From NCBI GenBank assembly GCA_036785375.1, contig JAWMAR010001356.1, positions 186,001 through 250,000 of the forward strand: a stretch of DNA of 64,000 bases. Direction: 5' to 3'. A program made the translations under genes and the position numbers. Positions 11,449 through 23,029 of this stretch are shown piece by piece (position 1 is the first letter of the stretch; each line of letters starts with the position of its first letter). The stretch is from Leucoraja ocellata. Taxonomy: Eukaryota. The notes below the pieces were generated by a model, which was given only the letters and a program-made list of their open reading frames with translations, ran no database searches and had not been told where the DNA came from.

Positions 11449-12029
11449 CTATTTTGGACTTAGTGCAATTTCTTTTATTGTTTCTTTTTTTTCACTTTTG
11501 TGATAAATTAGTCCGCCGACTCTCACCCAGAGTCCCGCTGTTTTACCACTGTGTGTTCCTTCCACAGTCTTTTCTGAGACTTTTGCACTACACAACACAC
11601 CACACAATCTTCTAAGTGTCTCTGAAAATCGTGTTCCCGAAAATCTCCGGGCACCCCACCTATCTCCCCGTACAGAAAAGACAATTTTCATGTGGCCCGG
11701 TAGTGAGTCGTGAATCCTCATAGAGACTTCCGAGGGGAACTCGTTAACCATATCCAGGACTGCCCGTACCAGAAATGCGATTTGCTGTTCGGCGGTAGTC
11801 TGTCCGGTAGTCCTGCCGGGAAAGTCGCAAGGCGGACCGGCAGAGGGCCACAAATCGGACCTCACCTACTTCCGGTTGAAAATCGTTAAGCGGCGGCGGG
11901 CAAAAAGTAATGGCGGGCAGGTGTCCGGAAGCCGTTCAGCAAACTATTGGCAATTAACTCTTCAGCTACATCAATGTCCAGGCACCCAAACTAACCACCC
12001 GTACGGGAAACAAAAAGAGAGAATTCATT

Positions 12030-12790
12030 AAACAAATGGCGAACTTGTGAACCAACTGGACAACTAATGAACCAAGTAGTGGCATTCATTAACCAAGCGG
12101 TGAACTCGTGAACCAATTGGGATAATTCATGAACCAAGTGGTGAACTCGTGAACCAAGCGCAATAATTCATGAACCAAATGGAGAACTCGTGAACCAAGT
12201 AGGAGAATTCATTAACCAAATGGAGAACTCGTGAACCAATTGGGTGAATTCATGAACCAATTGGACTAGTGAACCAAGTGGTGAACTCGTGAACCAAGTG
12301 GGAGAATTCATGAACCAAGCGGTGAACTCGTGAACCAAGCGCAATAATTCATGAACCAAATGGAGAACTCGTGAACCAAGTGGGAGAATTCATGAACCAA
12401 ATGGAGAACTCGTGAACCAAGTGGGAGAATTCATGAACCAAATGGAGAACTCGTGAACCAATTGGGTGAATTCATGAACCAAGTGACGAACTCGTGAACC
12501 AAGTGGGAGAATTCATGAACCAAATGGAGAACTCGTGAACCAATTGGGTGAATTCATGAACCAATTGGACTAGTGAACCAAGTGGTGAACTCGTGAACCA
12601 AGCGCAATAATTCATGAACCAAACGGAGAACTACTGAACCAAGTCGGTCATTAATGAACCGAATGGAGAATTTGTGAACCAAGTGGGAAAATATTTCACC
12701 AGTCCAAGTAATTAATGAACATAATTGTGATCTCATGGCCGAAGTGGGAGAATTCATAAACTTATCAGCTAACTAAACACACGGGAGAAT
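12030..12790. repeat. Minisatellite, 20/21-bp subunits forming a ~41-bp dimer
   Basis: Alternating TCGTGAACCAAGTGGGAGAAT and TCATGAACCAAATGGAGAAC units, degenerating at both edges. Confidence 0.9.
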
Positions 12791-13237
12791 TCATGAAGTA
12801 GCCAAGTAACAGACATTCGGTGCGCTGTCAGATCTGGGAGAATACATTAACCAAGGGGTTTAGGGTTGAGGTCAGGGGTAACGGGGAGGTGGGTTAATTT
12901 TAGGCTTTGGTGTATGATTAATGTTTGGCTTAACATTGCAGACCTCTACGCAGGCCTGTAGTGCAGTGCATCACCACACGGTGGGAGTGTTGACCACTAA
13001 ATGGGCGGGTCTGCAGTGCAGTGGATTACCACACGGTGGCAGTGTTGACTCAGATGTCAACGTTTGTAGAAGCCCTGAAACCAGTTAAGATTTGGGATGA
13101 AAATCAAGGATTTGCAGATGCTGGTTGGAATTACAGCGGGTCGGGCAGCATCTCTGTAGAACATGGATAGGTGACATTTCAGCACAGGAACCTTCACATT
13201 TTACTAAAATAAATACATTAAGACAAACTAAAATATA

Positions 13238-13480
13238 GGTAGCACAGTTGTAGAGTTGATGTCTGGCAGTAGCAGTGACCTGGGTTTGACCCTGATCTCT
13301 GGTGCTGTCTGCACAGAGTTTGTATGCTCTATCTGTGACCACAGACATTTCCTCTGGATGTTTGCTTTCCTCCCACATACCAAAGATGTGCAGGTTTGTA
13401 AGTTAGTCGGCTTCTGTAAATTGTCCCTAATGTAGGTTAGGTATGGGTGATTGCTGGTCAGCATGGACTAAGTGAACCAC
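13238..13480 (+). mobile_element. tRNA-derived V-SINE (HE1-like)
   Basis: tRNA-like head ggtagcacagttg...gacctgggtttgaccctg, followed by a V-domain-like gagtttgtatgctct...gctttcctcccacataccaaagatgtgcaggt. Related minus-strand copies at ~27400-27582 and ~61995-62240. Confidence 0.65.
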
Positions 13481-13584
13481 TGAATGGGCTGGATTAATAC
13501 ATTGTAATTGGCTTAAAATTAAGGCCATGAATATTACACTATAACTTTAGCACTAATTTAACCAGGGAATATAACTAGGTCTAA

Positions 13585-14330
13585 ACAGTGCTGGAGGTAC
13601 TCAGTGGGTCAGGCACCATCTGTCTGACACAAAGTGGATGGACAGACATTTTGGGTCAGGAACCTTCTTCAGACTGATGGAATAGGTCAGAGAAAGTGGG
13701 GAGAGAGAAGGGAGCAGGACAAAGCCAGGCGAGTGACAGGTGGATACAGGTGAGGGGGTGGTTGGCAGATGGATGGAGTAGTGACAGAGGCTGGAGGTGA
13801 AAAGGACATAAAGGTTGTCAGATAAGGAGATGAGAGCATTGAAATGCTAAGCCAGAGAGATGGATATGGGTGCAAGGGGAAGGAGGAAAATATAAGATTC
13901 AGGAATGAGCAATGAGCGTACAGAGGGGTAGGAGCGGTGACTGAGTTGTTGGGGAAGTGTGGACACCAGGGTGGGGGTGCAGGGTAAGATGGGAGTTTCC
14001 ATCAGTATACTCATCTCCCACTCAAAGTGCCACATTTCCCTTTTACCCCCTTCAGCCCCACCCTGTCCCATTACACCTGTATATCTCCCTCAAGCTTTAC
14101 ATTTCACAGCTCCTCGCCTTCTGAAACATTCTTACCTCTCCATCTCCAGCCGTTGTCACTTACTCCACAATCAACCCCTCACCTTATCCACCCATCACTT
14201 GCTAAGCATTACCTCACCTTACCTCACTTTCCCACCTTTCCCCCACTCCAGTCTGAAGGATTACAAACAGATACATCTATCCATTTGCTCCACAGATGCT
14301 GCCTGGCCCACCAAGTTCCTCCAGCTCTCA
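13585..14330. mobile_element. Penelope-derived inverted-repeat element
   Basis: Left arm tgctggaggtactcagtgggtcaggcaccatctg...cttcttcagactga is purine-rich. The right arm is a pyrimidine-rich inverted copy ending gatgctgcctggcccaccaagttcctccagc. A similar structure lies at ~29697-30800. Confidence 0.55.
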
Positions 14331-14907
14331 AAATTCACTTTTAAAACAGCCAAAGAACATTTTAAATATTTGGGAATTGAAATCAATAGAAAATATCAAG
14401 CTATGTATAATAGTGAGATTAAACGAGTACTTACCAGTGCGAAGTTTGATCTGTATTTTATGAGGAGTTACGATGAGGGATTACGTGAAGAACCCACCCA
14501 GTGCGCAGGCACGGCATACTTCCAAGCAGCGGTGTGGAATCACAGGTAGACACAATATTGAAGTAAAGATAGTAAAGATTTATGAGACATCAGCTCGAGT
14601 TTGATCTATACAACGAGGGTGGGAGCGGAGGGCACGTAATCCCTCATCGTAACTCCTCATAAAATACAGATCAAACTTCGTACTGGTAAGTCTTTGTTTA
14701 ATCTCACTATTTTACTTCGGAGTCACGTGAGTGACTACGTGAAGACTTCAAAGGTCTGTGATTTCAAACCGTGTAACAGCTTTATCACTCACTGCCGAAA
14801 GTTCATCGAGGGAGGAAGTGGTATCTAAAGACCAACGAATTTGTTAGTTTTTTGAAACAAAATTGTTTATTTAACAATAACAAAAAATAGCTCCCCTGGG
14901 CTTTAAA

Positions 14908-15861
14908 TTATAAGTTTGCAGATTCTAAAATTTTTTCCGCAAACACGTCCTTCTCCATCAGCGGTTTGTGGTAGAATTTTTGGAACGTTGATTCCCTTGA
15001 CCATCCCGCTGTACTAAGGATGTGGTCTATGGGAACCTGCATCCGTTCCGCCACTGACGTGGACGCTGCCCTGGTTGAATGGGATTTAAAAACATCCGTG
15101 TTAATCCCCGCGGTTTTTAGGACCTGTTTCAACCACCTAAATATTGTCTGGCTGGTAACCCGTCCAAAAGGCTTTTTGTGGCTGACCCATAAGGCTTTTT
15201 CACTCCCTCTAAGTGTTTGGGTTGTGTCTACGTAGTCGTATAGATGGGTCATAACACACAGCCTAGGTTCTGGAGGGTAGGCCCGGAAGATTAACGGAGA
15301 GTTGGGTATATCTGGCCTGCTTTGTTTAACCAACCCCGGCATGGTAAATGTAATGGAATCTGGGGTGGTTACCATGTTGTCCAGTCTTAGTTGATGCAGC
15401 GACTGAACCCTTTGTGCAGAGACGAGCGCCATGAGCATGAGGGTCTTGATAGTGGACTGCTCCAGACTCAAGGATCCCACCGGAGGCCAACCTCTAAGGT
15501 GTGACAAAACTACACTTACATCCCATACATGGGTGTATCTGGGTGTAGGGGGTTTAGTATTATAAATCCCTTTGAGGAGTTTTATAACCAGAGGGTGGGA
15601 TCCAATGCTGTGATGTCCTGTAGGCATAAGGTAAGCGGACAGGGCGCTCCGTGCTGCATTGATGGCACTGTAGCTCATCTTTTGGTCATGGTGCAAGTGG
15701 CCCAGGAACTCCAGCACGTCCGTGATCGAGGCTGTCTTGTATGATGTCCCTGCATCCAAGCAGTACTGCTCCCATTTCCTGATGTAGGTCAAGTACTGCT
15801 TCTTGGTAGAGACTCGCAGGGATGCCGACATGGTGGTGATTGTTCGTTCTGATAACCCCAA
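14908..15861 (-). CDS. DIRS tyrosine recombinase
   Basis: Uninterrupted 317 aa with catalytic motifs LVSAQRVQSL (R), HSTRAASTS (HxxR), AGWS and TFQKFY (Y). Confidence 0.92.
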   Translation of the reverse strand: MGLSERTITTMSASLRVSTKKQYLTYIRKWEQYCLDAGTSYKTASITDVLEFLGHLHHDQKMSYSAINAARSALSAYLMPTGHHSIGSHPLVIKLLKGIYNTKPPTPRYTHVWDVSVVLSHLRGWPPVGSLSLEQSTIKTLMLMALVSAQRVQSLHQLRLDNMVTTPDSITFTMPGLVKQSRPDIPNSPLIFRAYPPEPRLCVMTHLYDYVDTTQTLRGSEKALWVSHKKPFGRVTSQTIFRWLKQVLKTAGINTDVFKSHSTRAASTSVAERMQVPIDHILSTAGWSRESTFQKFYHKPLMEKDVFAEKILESANL

Positions 15862-15878
15862 TCCCTGGTAAGGCCTGT

Positions 15879-16502
15879 TCAGAACCTAGAAACCAGGAGT
15901 TTCAATTTTTGATGGCATGGATGGCTTATGCCGGATACCGGGTGAGTCAATAGTTGTGGGTGGCTGTGAAAAACCATAGGTGACTCTACCACCATGTCGT
16001 GGAAAACTGGGAACCATGGTTGGGTAGGCCAGTCGGGTACAACCAGAATACCTGAAGCTGAGTCTGCTTTTATTTTCTGGAGTACCCGGCTGATGAGGCA
16101 GAAGGGAGGGAAAGCATAGAAAAAGAAATTTCCCCAATCCAGCGTGAAGGCATCTACCGCTGCTGCCTCTGGGTCTGGTTCCCAAGCCACATACATGGGT
16201 AGCTGGTGATTTAATCTAGACGCAAACAAATCTATATCTGGCGTACCGTATTGCTTAACAATTCTAGCAAATATTTTTGGGTCTAACATCCATTCGATGT
16301 TGTCATTGAATTTTCGTGACCTGGTGTCCGCCACTGTGTTTAGCTTGCCTGGTAAATAGGCAGCTGATAGCCAAATATGTCTCTCGACACACCATTGCCA
16401 GATTGTAGTAGTCAATTTGTTGCATGATACTGATTTTATGCCACCCATGTGCTGGATGTAAGACACCGCCGTCGTGTTATCAATCATTAACCTGACATGC
16501 AC
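15879..16502 (-). CDS. DIRS RNase H C-terminal part plus Dam-like methyltransferase domain
   Basis: IDNTTAVSYI..MGG, YLPGKLN..AD..SR, then DIDLFAS..N, DAF...W, YAFPPF, VVPDWPTQPW. Confidence 0.85.
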   Translation of the reverse strand: MHVRLMIDNTTAVSYIQHMGGIKSVSCNKLTTTIWQWCVERHIWLSAAYLPGKLNTVADTRSRKFNDNIEWMLDPKIFARIVKQYGTPDIDLFASRLNHQLPMYVAWEPDPEAAAVDAFTLDWGNFFFYAFPPFCLISRVLQKIKADSASGILVVPDWPTQPWFPVFHDMVVESPMVFHSHPQLLTHPVSGISHPCHQKLKLLVSRF

Positions 16503-17902
16503 ATGTGCATATCGGATGCATATGCTTTTAGCCCATAAAAGGCGGCCAGCATCTCCAAATAATTTATGCCAAGTGATTGTAGTAGCGATGCCTCTGAATT
16601 AGTCCATCTGCCACCTGTGCTGGATATAGAGTTAGTAGCTCCCCAGCCTAAAGCACTGGCATCCGTTGTAATGGCTATGTTAGGATTGGTGACGGCGATA
16701 GGACTGTAACTGTGCCAAATGTTATCCACCCACCACTGAAGTTCTGATTTGGCTTCAGCGGGTAAATCCATGGGTCGGTCATAATGCCCCCTACTTAGAC
16801 GTAGTGCATGTGTCCTTGCTCTTTGCAAATTTTGATAATGCAAGGGCCCATATTGTGCAGCTGGGAATGCTGCTACTATACTACCAATGACTCTGGCTAC
16901 ATGCCGGATCCTTGGTTGCGTTTTTGCGATTAAGTTGTTACAGGCTTCTGTTAATGTAGCCTTTTTGTCTCTTGGCAGAGTGACAGTCATACGGATAGTG
17001 TCAATAGTGAAGCCTAGGTAATCCATGTTAGTTGTTGGCTTCAATATTGATTTATCTGGGTGTAGAACAAATCCCAATGTTTCAAGGATTTGTTTAGTAG
17101 CTAAAACTCCTGCGACAGCTAGTTCCCTTGTTCTCCCCAATATGAGAACATCGTCCAGATAGGCCATGACTAAATGTTTCTGTTCTCTTAATTTTTTCAT
17201 GGCCACTTTGAGAATTTTAGTAAATAATCTGGGAGCTGTCGTTAAACCATTGGGTAATGCTCTATACTGCCATAGTTGCCCCATCCAGATAAATTTCAGA
17301 TATCTGAAATGATCCTTATGAATGGGTACTAAATAGTAAGCATCCTTGATATCTCTGCTTGCCATGAAGTATCCCTTGGAGATCAGTTGTCTGGCAGTAA
17401 CAAATGTCTCCATTTTGAAATGTTGATACTCAACAGACTGATTTAGTGATGTCAAATCAATGATAATACGACATCCACCATCTTTTTTAGTTTTGATAAA
17501 TATATTCGATACAAATTCCAATGGCTCGTGTCTGGCCCTCTCTATGATGCCCTTGGACACGAGCCTATCTAGTTCAGCTTGTCCTTCTACCTTTTCTGAT
17601 TCTGTGGGAAGGAATACCCTTTGGGGTATGTGCTGAACTGGCGGTTCTATGCCTGGTTTAAATTCAATTTTGTATCCACTGATACTGTTGAGTATAAACT
17701 TGTTGCTAGTAAAGGAGCACCAAACATGTTTGAAGAACCTTAAACGCCCTCCTGTTAATACAACACCCTTTGTCTGCGTATGTCGACAGGAACCAGACCC
17801 ACCTACCTCCATGTTTATTTCTGGGAGCGTTTGCGATGGGTTTGGCCCGAGGGTGTCCTTGTTGGTGCTGTGGTGGGGCGGCGTATCTTCCCACGGCTCC
17901 AT
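16487..17902 (-). CDS. DIRS reverse transcriptase / RNase H N-terminal part
   Basis: GGRL, KKDGGCRIIIDL..LN, HFKMET, DIKDAYY, LPNGL..APRLFTK, AYLDD, TDASALGWG, INYLEM. Frameshifted near 16500 relative to the next ORF. Confidence 0.9.
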   Translation of the reverse strand: MEPWEDTPPHHSTNKDTLGPNPSQTLPEINMEVGGSGSCRHTQTKGVVLTGGRLRFFKHVWCSFTSNKFILNSISGYKIEFKPGIEPPVQHIPQRVFLPTESEKVEGQAELDRLVSKGIIERARHEPLEFVSNIFIKTKKDGGCRIIIDLTSLNQSVEYQHFKMETFVTARQLISKGYFMASRDIKDAYYLVPIHKDHFRYLKFIWMGQLWQYRALPNGLTTAPRLFTKILKVAMKKLREQKHLVMAYLDDVLILGRTRELAVAGVLATKQILETLGFVLHPDKSILKPTTNMDYLGFTIDTIRMTVTLPRDKKATLTEACNNLIAKTQPRIRHVARVIGSIVAAFPAAQYGPLHYQNLQRARTHALRLSRGHYDRPMDLPAEAKSELQWWVDNIWHSYSPIAVTNPNIAITTDASALGWGATNSISSTGGRWTNSEASLLQSLGINYLEMLAAFYGLKAYASDMHMCMSG

Positions 17903-19041
17903 CCTGGGCCCCGCTCTAAAAAAGAGCTCTGGGGGTAGTGGGAGGCGGTCACCAGGCTTTCACCAGCTCGGTACCTGCTGGTGGATGCCGAGGCGTGCTG
18001 CCAACTGGGTGTCTTCACCCTGCTCGGTCCTGGCGCTGCCCTCATGAGGCCTACAGGTTTGGCCGCCTCTTCCAGTTCCTTGAGCCTTTTTGCCAAGTCG
18101 GCCCCGAATAGTAGCGCCTCCTTCTCTGGCGCCGGAGCTTTGCAGAGGCCCGCATATTTGGGGTTGAGGGCAGGCCTGATGTTTTCACGCCTTAGGTTGT
18201 TGAGCTCGTACTGTGTGTTACACATTAGGGCCAGCACATCCTGCTGAGGTGTAGAGAGCTCTGCGTTCCCGGTGGACCGAGCAAAGGCGGTAATGGCTGC
18301 AGTGTGGAGCTTCAGGATACGCTGCATCTTCAGCTCTTGTGTCCTGATATGCTGCCCCAGCTGGCTCCATATTTGGCCGTTTACGGTTTTTACCCGCAGC
18401 GCCTCGCAGTTTTCCGGCGCTGTGTAAGTGTCGAGGGCCTCTTGAATGACTTTCTCCTGCAATGGCTTATTGGAGAGCCTGTTGATACTGGCCGCCATTC
18501 TTGGTGGTAGTATCATTCCGGTTCTCGGGGGCGCCGCATACCTGCTGACTACACCCAGTAGCTCTTCTTCCTCCAGCTCGCCTGGCATGCTTGCGCTGTC
18601 GTCCGCCTGCCCTTGTGATAGGCCAGCCCAGTCCTGGCCTCCCTTACTGACCTCAAACAAGGAGGGAACAGAAGGGTGTGGTGATGGTTTGGAGGAGGCC
18701 ATAGCCCGTCCTCCTTGGAGATGCCTTGCCTGCATCTCCTCGTCGAGCATCTGCTCGAGCAGCTGCCTCATGCAGCTTAAGCGGCCGTCTCCCCGTTTCG
18801 CCGGTGGAGAGTGTTCCCGTTCCTCCGACGAGTCGGAGGCCACCGGCCGGTCTGTCTTACGGGTTGCTTTTCTCCCTGTGCGGGGCGTCGCAATCGGCGG
18901 CACAGGGAGCGGCTCGGCGTCGGGTGTGCGGGAGCGTCCAAACAGCTCCTCCGCCGCTGGTGGCTGCCGCCCAGATATTGACCCCTCCTCGGGTGGAGTT
19001 GGGCAGGCAGTCCTCTTTGTTGGTCGCTTTCGGGTAGCCAT
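17815..19041 (-). CDS. DIRS ORF1 (gag-like)
   Basis: 408-aa ORF with the DIRS ORF1-type segment PENCEAL.VKTVN..IW...RR.NIRP.LNPKYA.LC...LLFG.DL, shared with the other two DIRS copies here. Confidence 0.75.
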   Translation of the reverse strand: MATRKRPTKRTACPTPPEEGSISGRQPPAAEELFGRSRTPDAEPLPVPPIATPRTGRKATRKTDRPVASDSSEEREHSPPAKRGDGRLSCMRQLLEQMLDEEMQARHLQGGRAMASSKPSPHPSVPSLFEVSKGGQDWAGLSQGQADDSASMPGELEEEELLGVVSRYAAPPRTGMILPPRMAASINRLSNKPLQEKVIQEALDTYTAPENCEALRVKTVNGQIWSQLGQHIRTQELKMQRILKLHTAAITAFARSTGNAELSTPQQDVLALMCNTQYELNNLRRENIRPALNPKYAGLCKAPAPEKEALLFGADLAKRLKELEEAAKPVGLMRAAPGPSRVKTPSWQHASASTSRYRAGESLVTASHYPQSSFLERGPGWSRGKIRRPTTAPTRTPSGQTHRKRSQK

Positions 19042-19821
19042 GGCTTTTTCGTCCGTTAGCGACTCTGTAACACAAAAGACTCACTTACCTGAGGTCTTGT
19101 CTTTATGCTGCCGCTGGAGAGCCTGGCTCCAGCTGCTGCCGCTGTTGCGCTGCTGACGTAATGTCGCGCCTGCGCACTGGGTGGGTTCTTCACGTAGTCA
19201 CTCACGTGACTCCGAAGTAAAATGCTAATTATAGTCCCTTACTTAAGAAATTAAATACTTTAATTAAATTCTGGAAAACGCTTCCTATGTCTTTAATAGG
19301 TCGAATAAATGCTATAAAATTATCTTTATACCACCGATTCTATACCTATTTCAATCAATCCCTATATATCTACCAAAAAAGATTTCTTTTTAAACTGGAC
19401 TCAGACATTATAACATTTTATATGGGACTATAAATCCCACAGAATACTAATAACTCACTTGAGCAAAACTAAAGAATTGGGTGGTTTAACACTTCCTAAA
19501 TGTATGTACTATTACTGGGCAGTAAATGTCAAAAATATGATCCCCCTGATGGACAATTCTGCCCAGCAGGTGGATTGGATTATAATGGAGTGAGAGGACT
19601 GCTCCCCTTGTAATATTGGAGCGACTCTCCTCTCACCAATCAACTTGAATAATACTAATTATAATAAAAATCCAATTATACACAGTACAATTAGAACCTG
19701 GAAACAAATAAAACATAACCTAACATTAAGAAATCTATCTCTGTTATCTCCAATAGTTAATAGCCCACCGTTTAAACCCTCTATTATAGATAAATCATTT
19801 ACACAATGGGACAGAATAGGA

Positions 19822-22625
19822 ATTTTACTTCGGAGTCACGTGAGTGACCACGTGAAGATGGCCGTCCAGGCGCATGCTGGTCATCTCGTCAGACGCATTG
19901 CGCTGCCACCGCGGTAGGAGGTGTGGAACCTCTAAGCGGTGAGTGAAGGAAAACATGGACGTAAGTCTTTTGTACTTTTACTTTCAGGCTGCTTTTCTTC
20001 GGAGACTGCGTGCAGAGACACAGGCAAGTCTTATGTATGGAGAAAGGTGGGAGGAAGAATAGTAAGCGCATCGCAGTAAGCACTCAATAAGACAAAGTGT
20101 CTGAGAGTAGCGGGCGCCCGACTGAAAAGTCGATTGTAAATATATAACTATTTTACACGGGAGGGGAAAAGTCCCGTTGAAACTTCCATAGGGAGCAAGG
20201 TCATAAAGAAATAACAGACCTGGAAGACTATGTGGAGTCTGAACTATAGAATTTATAAACTGGAATTCCTCATGGGTAAAACAAACTCCAGAAGGAGTAT
20301 AAAAGACATGGGCTTAAAGAGCAACCGCAAGAGGTTCTGGGAAACGTTGGCCCAGATTTGAGCCAGCGACCAAAATGCCTGATGATAAAGATGAATATAT
20401 GGGCTGACCTGACACAGAGGCAGCACCAGAAATGTCTGAAAGACAATACAGGCGTTGGTCTACAGGAGACCCCGAATATGGAGCAGCACCCAAAAGTGGG
20501 CTGCCAATATACAGCTCAAATGAAGAGCTTGATGTAGCCAAAGAGGGACAAAAAAGCATCGCCCTATATTAGAGCCATCGCATGAAATACCTGATGATGA
20601 ATATCCAAGTGAAACCCATTATGAGGAGGAATATCCAGAATACTCTGATAATGAACCAGTTGAGGGCCAGAACCCAAAGCAAAAAATAAAAATGCCAGTG
20701 CTGGTCCAAAAGTTCTATAGTCCCAGACACAAGGGACAACGTCTTCCAGAGGAAATAGCAGAGAGTATAAATTACCTGCTTTCCCATCAATCACAAGATG
20801 CAACAATGGATGAAGTTATGAACAAATATGAAATCCCGCAGACCTGTGCTCTGCTTGGAGTGCCAGCTGTTAACAAAGAAGTGTGGAAGTATATGGGCAT
20901 TGTAGTAAGAGCTCAAGAAATTAGATTACAGCGGGAATTAAGATTGATTGGGTCAAATATTACAGCATTTGTCAAAGATCTGGAAGAAGGAAATGTGACA
21001 ATGGCACAACAGGATGTAATGGGAATGATGTGGAATGCACATTTTGAAATAAACTGTATTTGTAAAACTGCGTTAAGACCTAACATACAATCTAAGTTTG
21101 CAGGGCTCTGTAAACCATCTAATATACAATTGCCAAATGTACTCATTGGAGAAGAGCTTGCCAAATAACTAAAGGTTCTCAACGAAGAATCAAAAACCAT
21201 CGGGATGATGAAACCACCGATGTTTGCAGCACAGCTAGAAGGCAATATCCATACCGAAGGTGAACTGGTGATTGAACAAGTCGCTCGGACTCACATACAA
21301 GATACGGACATACAACCCCAGGACATGGAGGTCATGGTATTTCCACAAGGGGCAATGTACAAAAAGTGACACCAGTAAACTCTGAGGTAGGTGGCTCTGG
21401 TTCTGAAAGAAACATATCAGATGTATCCTACTTACAAGTTGGGGGTAGGTTACAATTATTTATAAAAGAATGGAAACTAATAACATCTGATGCATATATA
21501 CTGTGCAGAATTATGGGGTTTAGGATTTAATTTTACCAGAATTAAAATCCACCTACACAACATATTACAAAAAGAATATATTCCTGCTCTAAAGAAGAGA
21601 TGAGAAGAATTACAATAGAAATTGAGATTTGGAGTAAAAAAGGGGTAATAGAGAAAACAACTTATCAAAACCATCACTTTGTATCTAGTATTTTCTCTAG
21701 AACAAAAAAGGATTGGGGGTACTAGAATCATTTTGGACCTCACAAGTCTTAACTCTTTTGTGCAGTATAAACATTTCAAAATGGAGACTTGTACTAATGC
21801 TTTGCAATTAATTTCAACAGAATGCTATATGGCAAGCATTGATCTCCAAGATGCACATAATTCTGTTGTGGTGCATGTGCAACATCGCAGATATTTGAAA
21901 TGTGTCTGGATGTCTCAAATGTGGCAGTTTAAAGCCCCAGATTGTTTACAACACTGTTGAAGTCAATTTTAGCATTGTTAAGAACTCAAGGCCATTTGAT
22001 AATGGCTTATTTGGATGACATTTTAATTGTGGGAGATACTGAAGCCATGACAGCAGCTTCTGTTTTAAAAAGTAAACCTCACATTTCAAAGAATGGGATT
22101 TGTCATTCATTCAGACATATCCAGACTGACACCTAACAAAATAATTGATTACTTGGGGTTCACTATTAATTCAGAACACAAGACAGTGAGCTTACCCAGG
22201 GACAAAAAGTTGCAAGTGATTAAGGGTTGTAAGGAGTTAATTGCAGGCAAACAACCATCAATCAGTCAAGTAGCAAATCTAATTCGCAAGTTAATTGCTT
22301 CATTTACAGCTGTTCAGTTTGGACCTCTGCATTATCAGACAGCTGCAGTGCGCAAAGATATCAGTATTGGGAAGACATGCTGGACGTTACGATAGGCCTA
22401 TACAACTAACTAACACAGCTATTGAGGATATAAAATGGTGGATTAAAAATGTGAATTACTCTTACAGGAAAATTCTGAATGAATCACACCCTACCATTTT
22501 ATAAACAGATGCAAGTGCACTGGAATGGGGAGCTGCGGATGCCATCTCAAGCCGTGGAGGTAGATGGAATGCAGAGGAAGAACCTTTGCTCGAGACATAT
22601 GGCATAAATTATCTTTAATTACTAA
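19822..22625 (+). mobile_element. Second DIRS element, degenerate and 3'-truncated
   Basis: Starts ATTttacttcggagtcacgtgagtgac (same 5' terminus as the first element). gag remnant 20692-21168, RT remnants (IILDLTSLN, HFKMET, AYLDD), RNase H TDASAL. Many stops and frameshifts. Confidence 0.85.
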
Positions 22626-23029
22626 GTGTATTGGTTCACGATGCACGTCGATTTAAAAGTACTGATGTTCGAGGTGCACAATTTGCGGGTGAATTTGTTG
22701 ATGTGAATCGGTGTACTGGTTCACGATGCCCGTCGATTTGCTACGGGTCCAGTCATTGCTACACTGGATAGAATGATCATATCTGTGGGCTATAATAACA
22801 TGTTTTGTTATGATTAGTCAAGCAGAGTAGACAGGGACACAGACCAAACTAGATGTTGCATATCCCATGGACCTTGGGTTGCGTGTGATCATGCATCTAC
22901 ACCAGTATGTCAAGGTCCCTAAGAGCATCATAGACTCTGACTAGCAATATTGTTAGTTACATTAAACCTCGTTAGAAGGAATCACTACGAACGTTCAGCA
23001 GTACGCCAATCCTCGGGGACTATTCCCGT

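Larger units (their letters stand above)
14409..19223 (-). mobile_element. DIRS-type tyrosine-recombinase retrotransposon, structurally complete
   Basis: gag, RT/RNaseH, MT and YR ORFs. Inverted terminal repeats acgtgaagaacccacccagtgcgcaggc (14482-14510) and gcctgcgcactgggtgggttcttcacgt (19168-19195). Internal complementary region 14633-14747 matches both ends. AAT trinucleotide at both termini. Confidence 0.93.
14331..19821 (+). mobile_element. L1-clade LINE ORF2 relic split by the DIRS element (14331-14408 and 19224-19821)
   Basis: Joining the flanks restores FKYLGIEINRKYQAMYNANYSPLLKKLNTLIKFWKTLPMSLIGRINAIK, and later GGLTLP..MYYYWA, typical L1/Tx1 ORF2 C-terminal motifs. Confidence 0.75.

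Noticed and set aside
12030-12790. CRISPR-like appearance of regularly spaced repeats
   Set aside because: Units are contiguous with no unique spacers, there are no cas genes, and the context is vertebrate; it is a minisatellite.
15879-16502. Bacterial Dam methylase or phage integrase suggesting contamination or horizontal transfer
   Set aside because: The MT and YR domains are standard components of DIRS retrotransposons and lie within the element termini.
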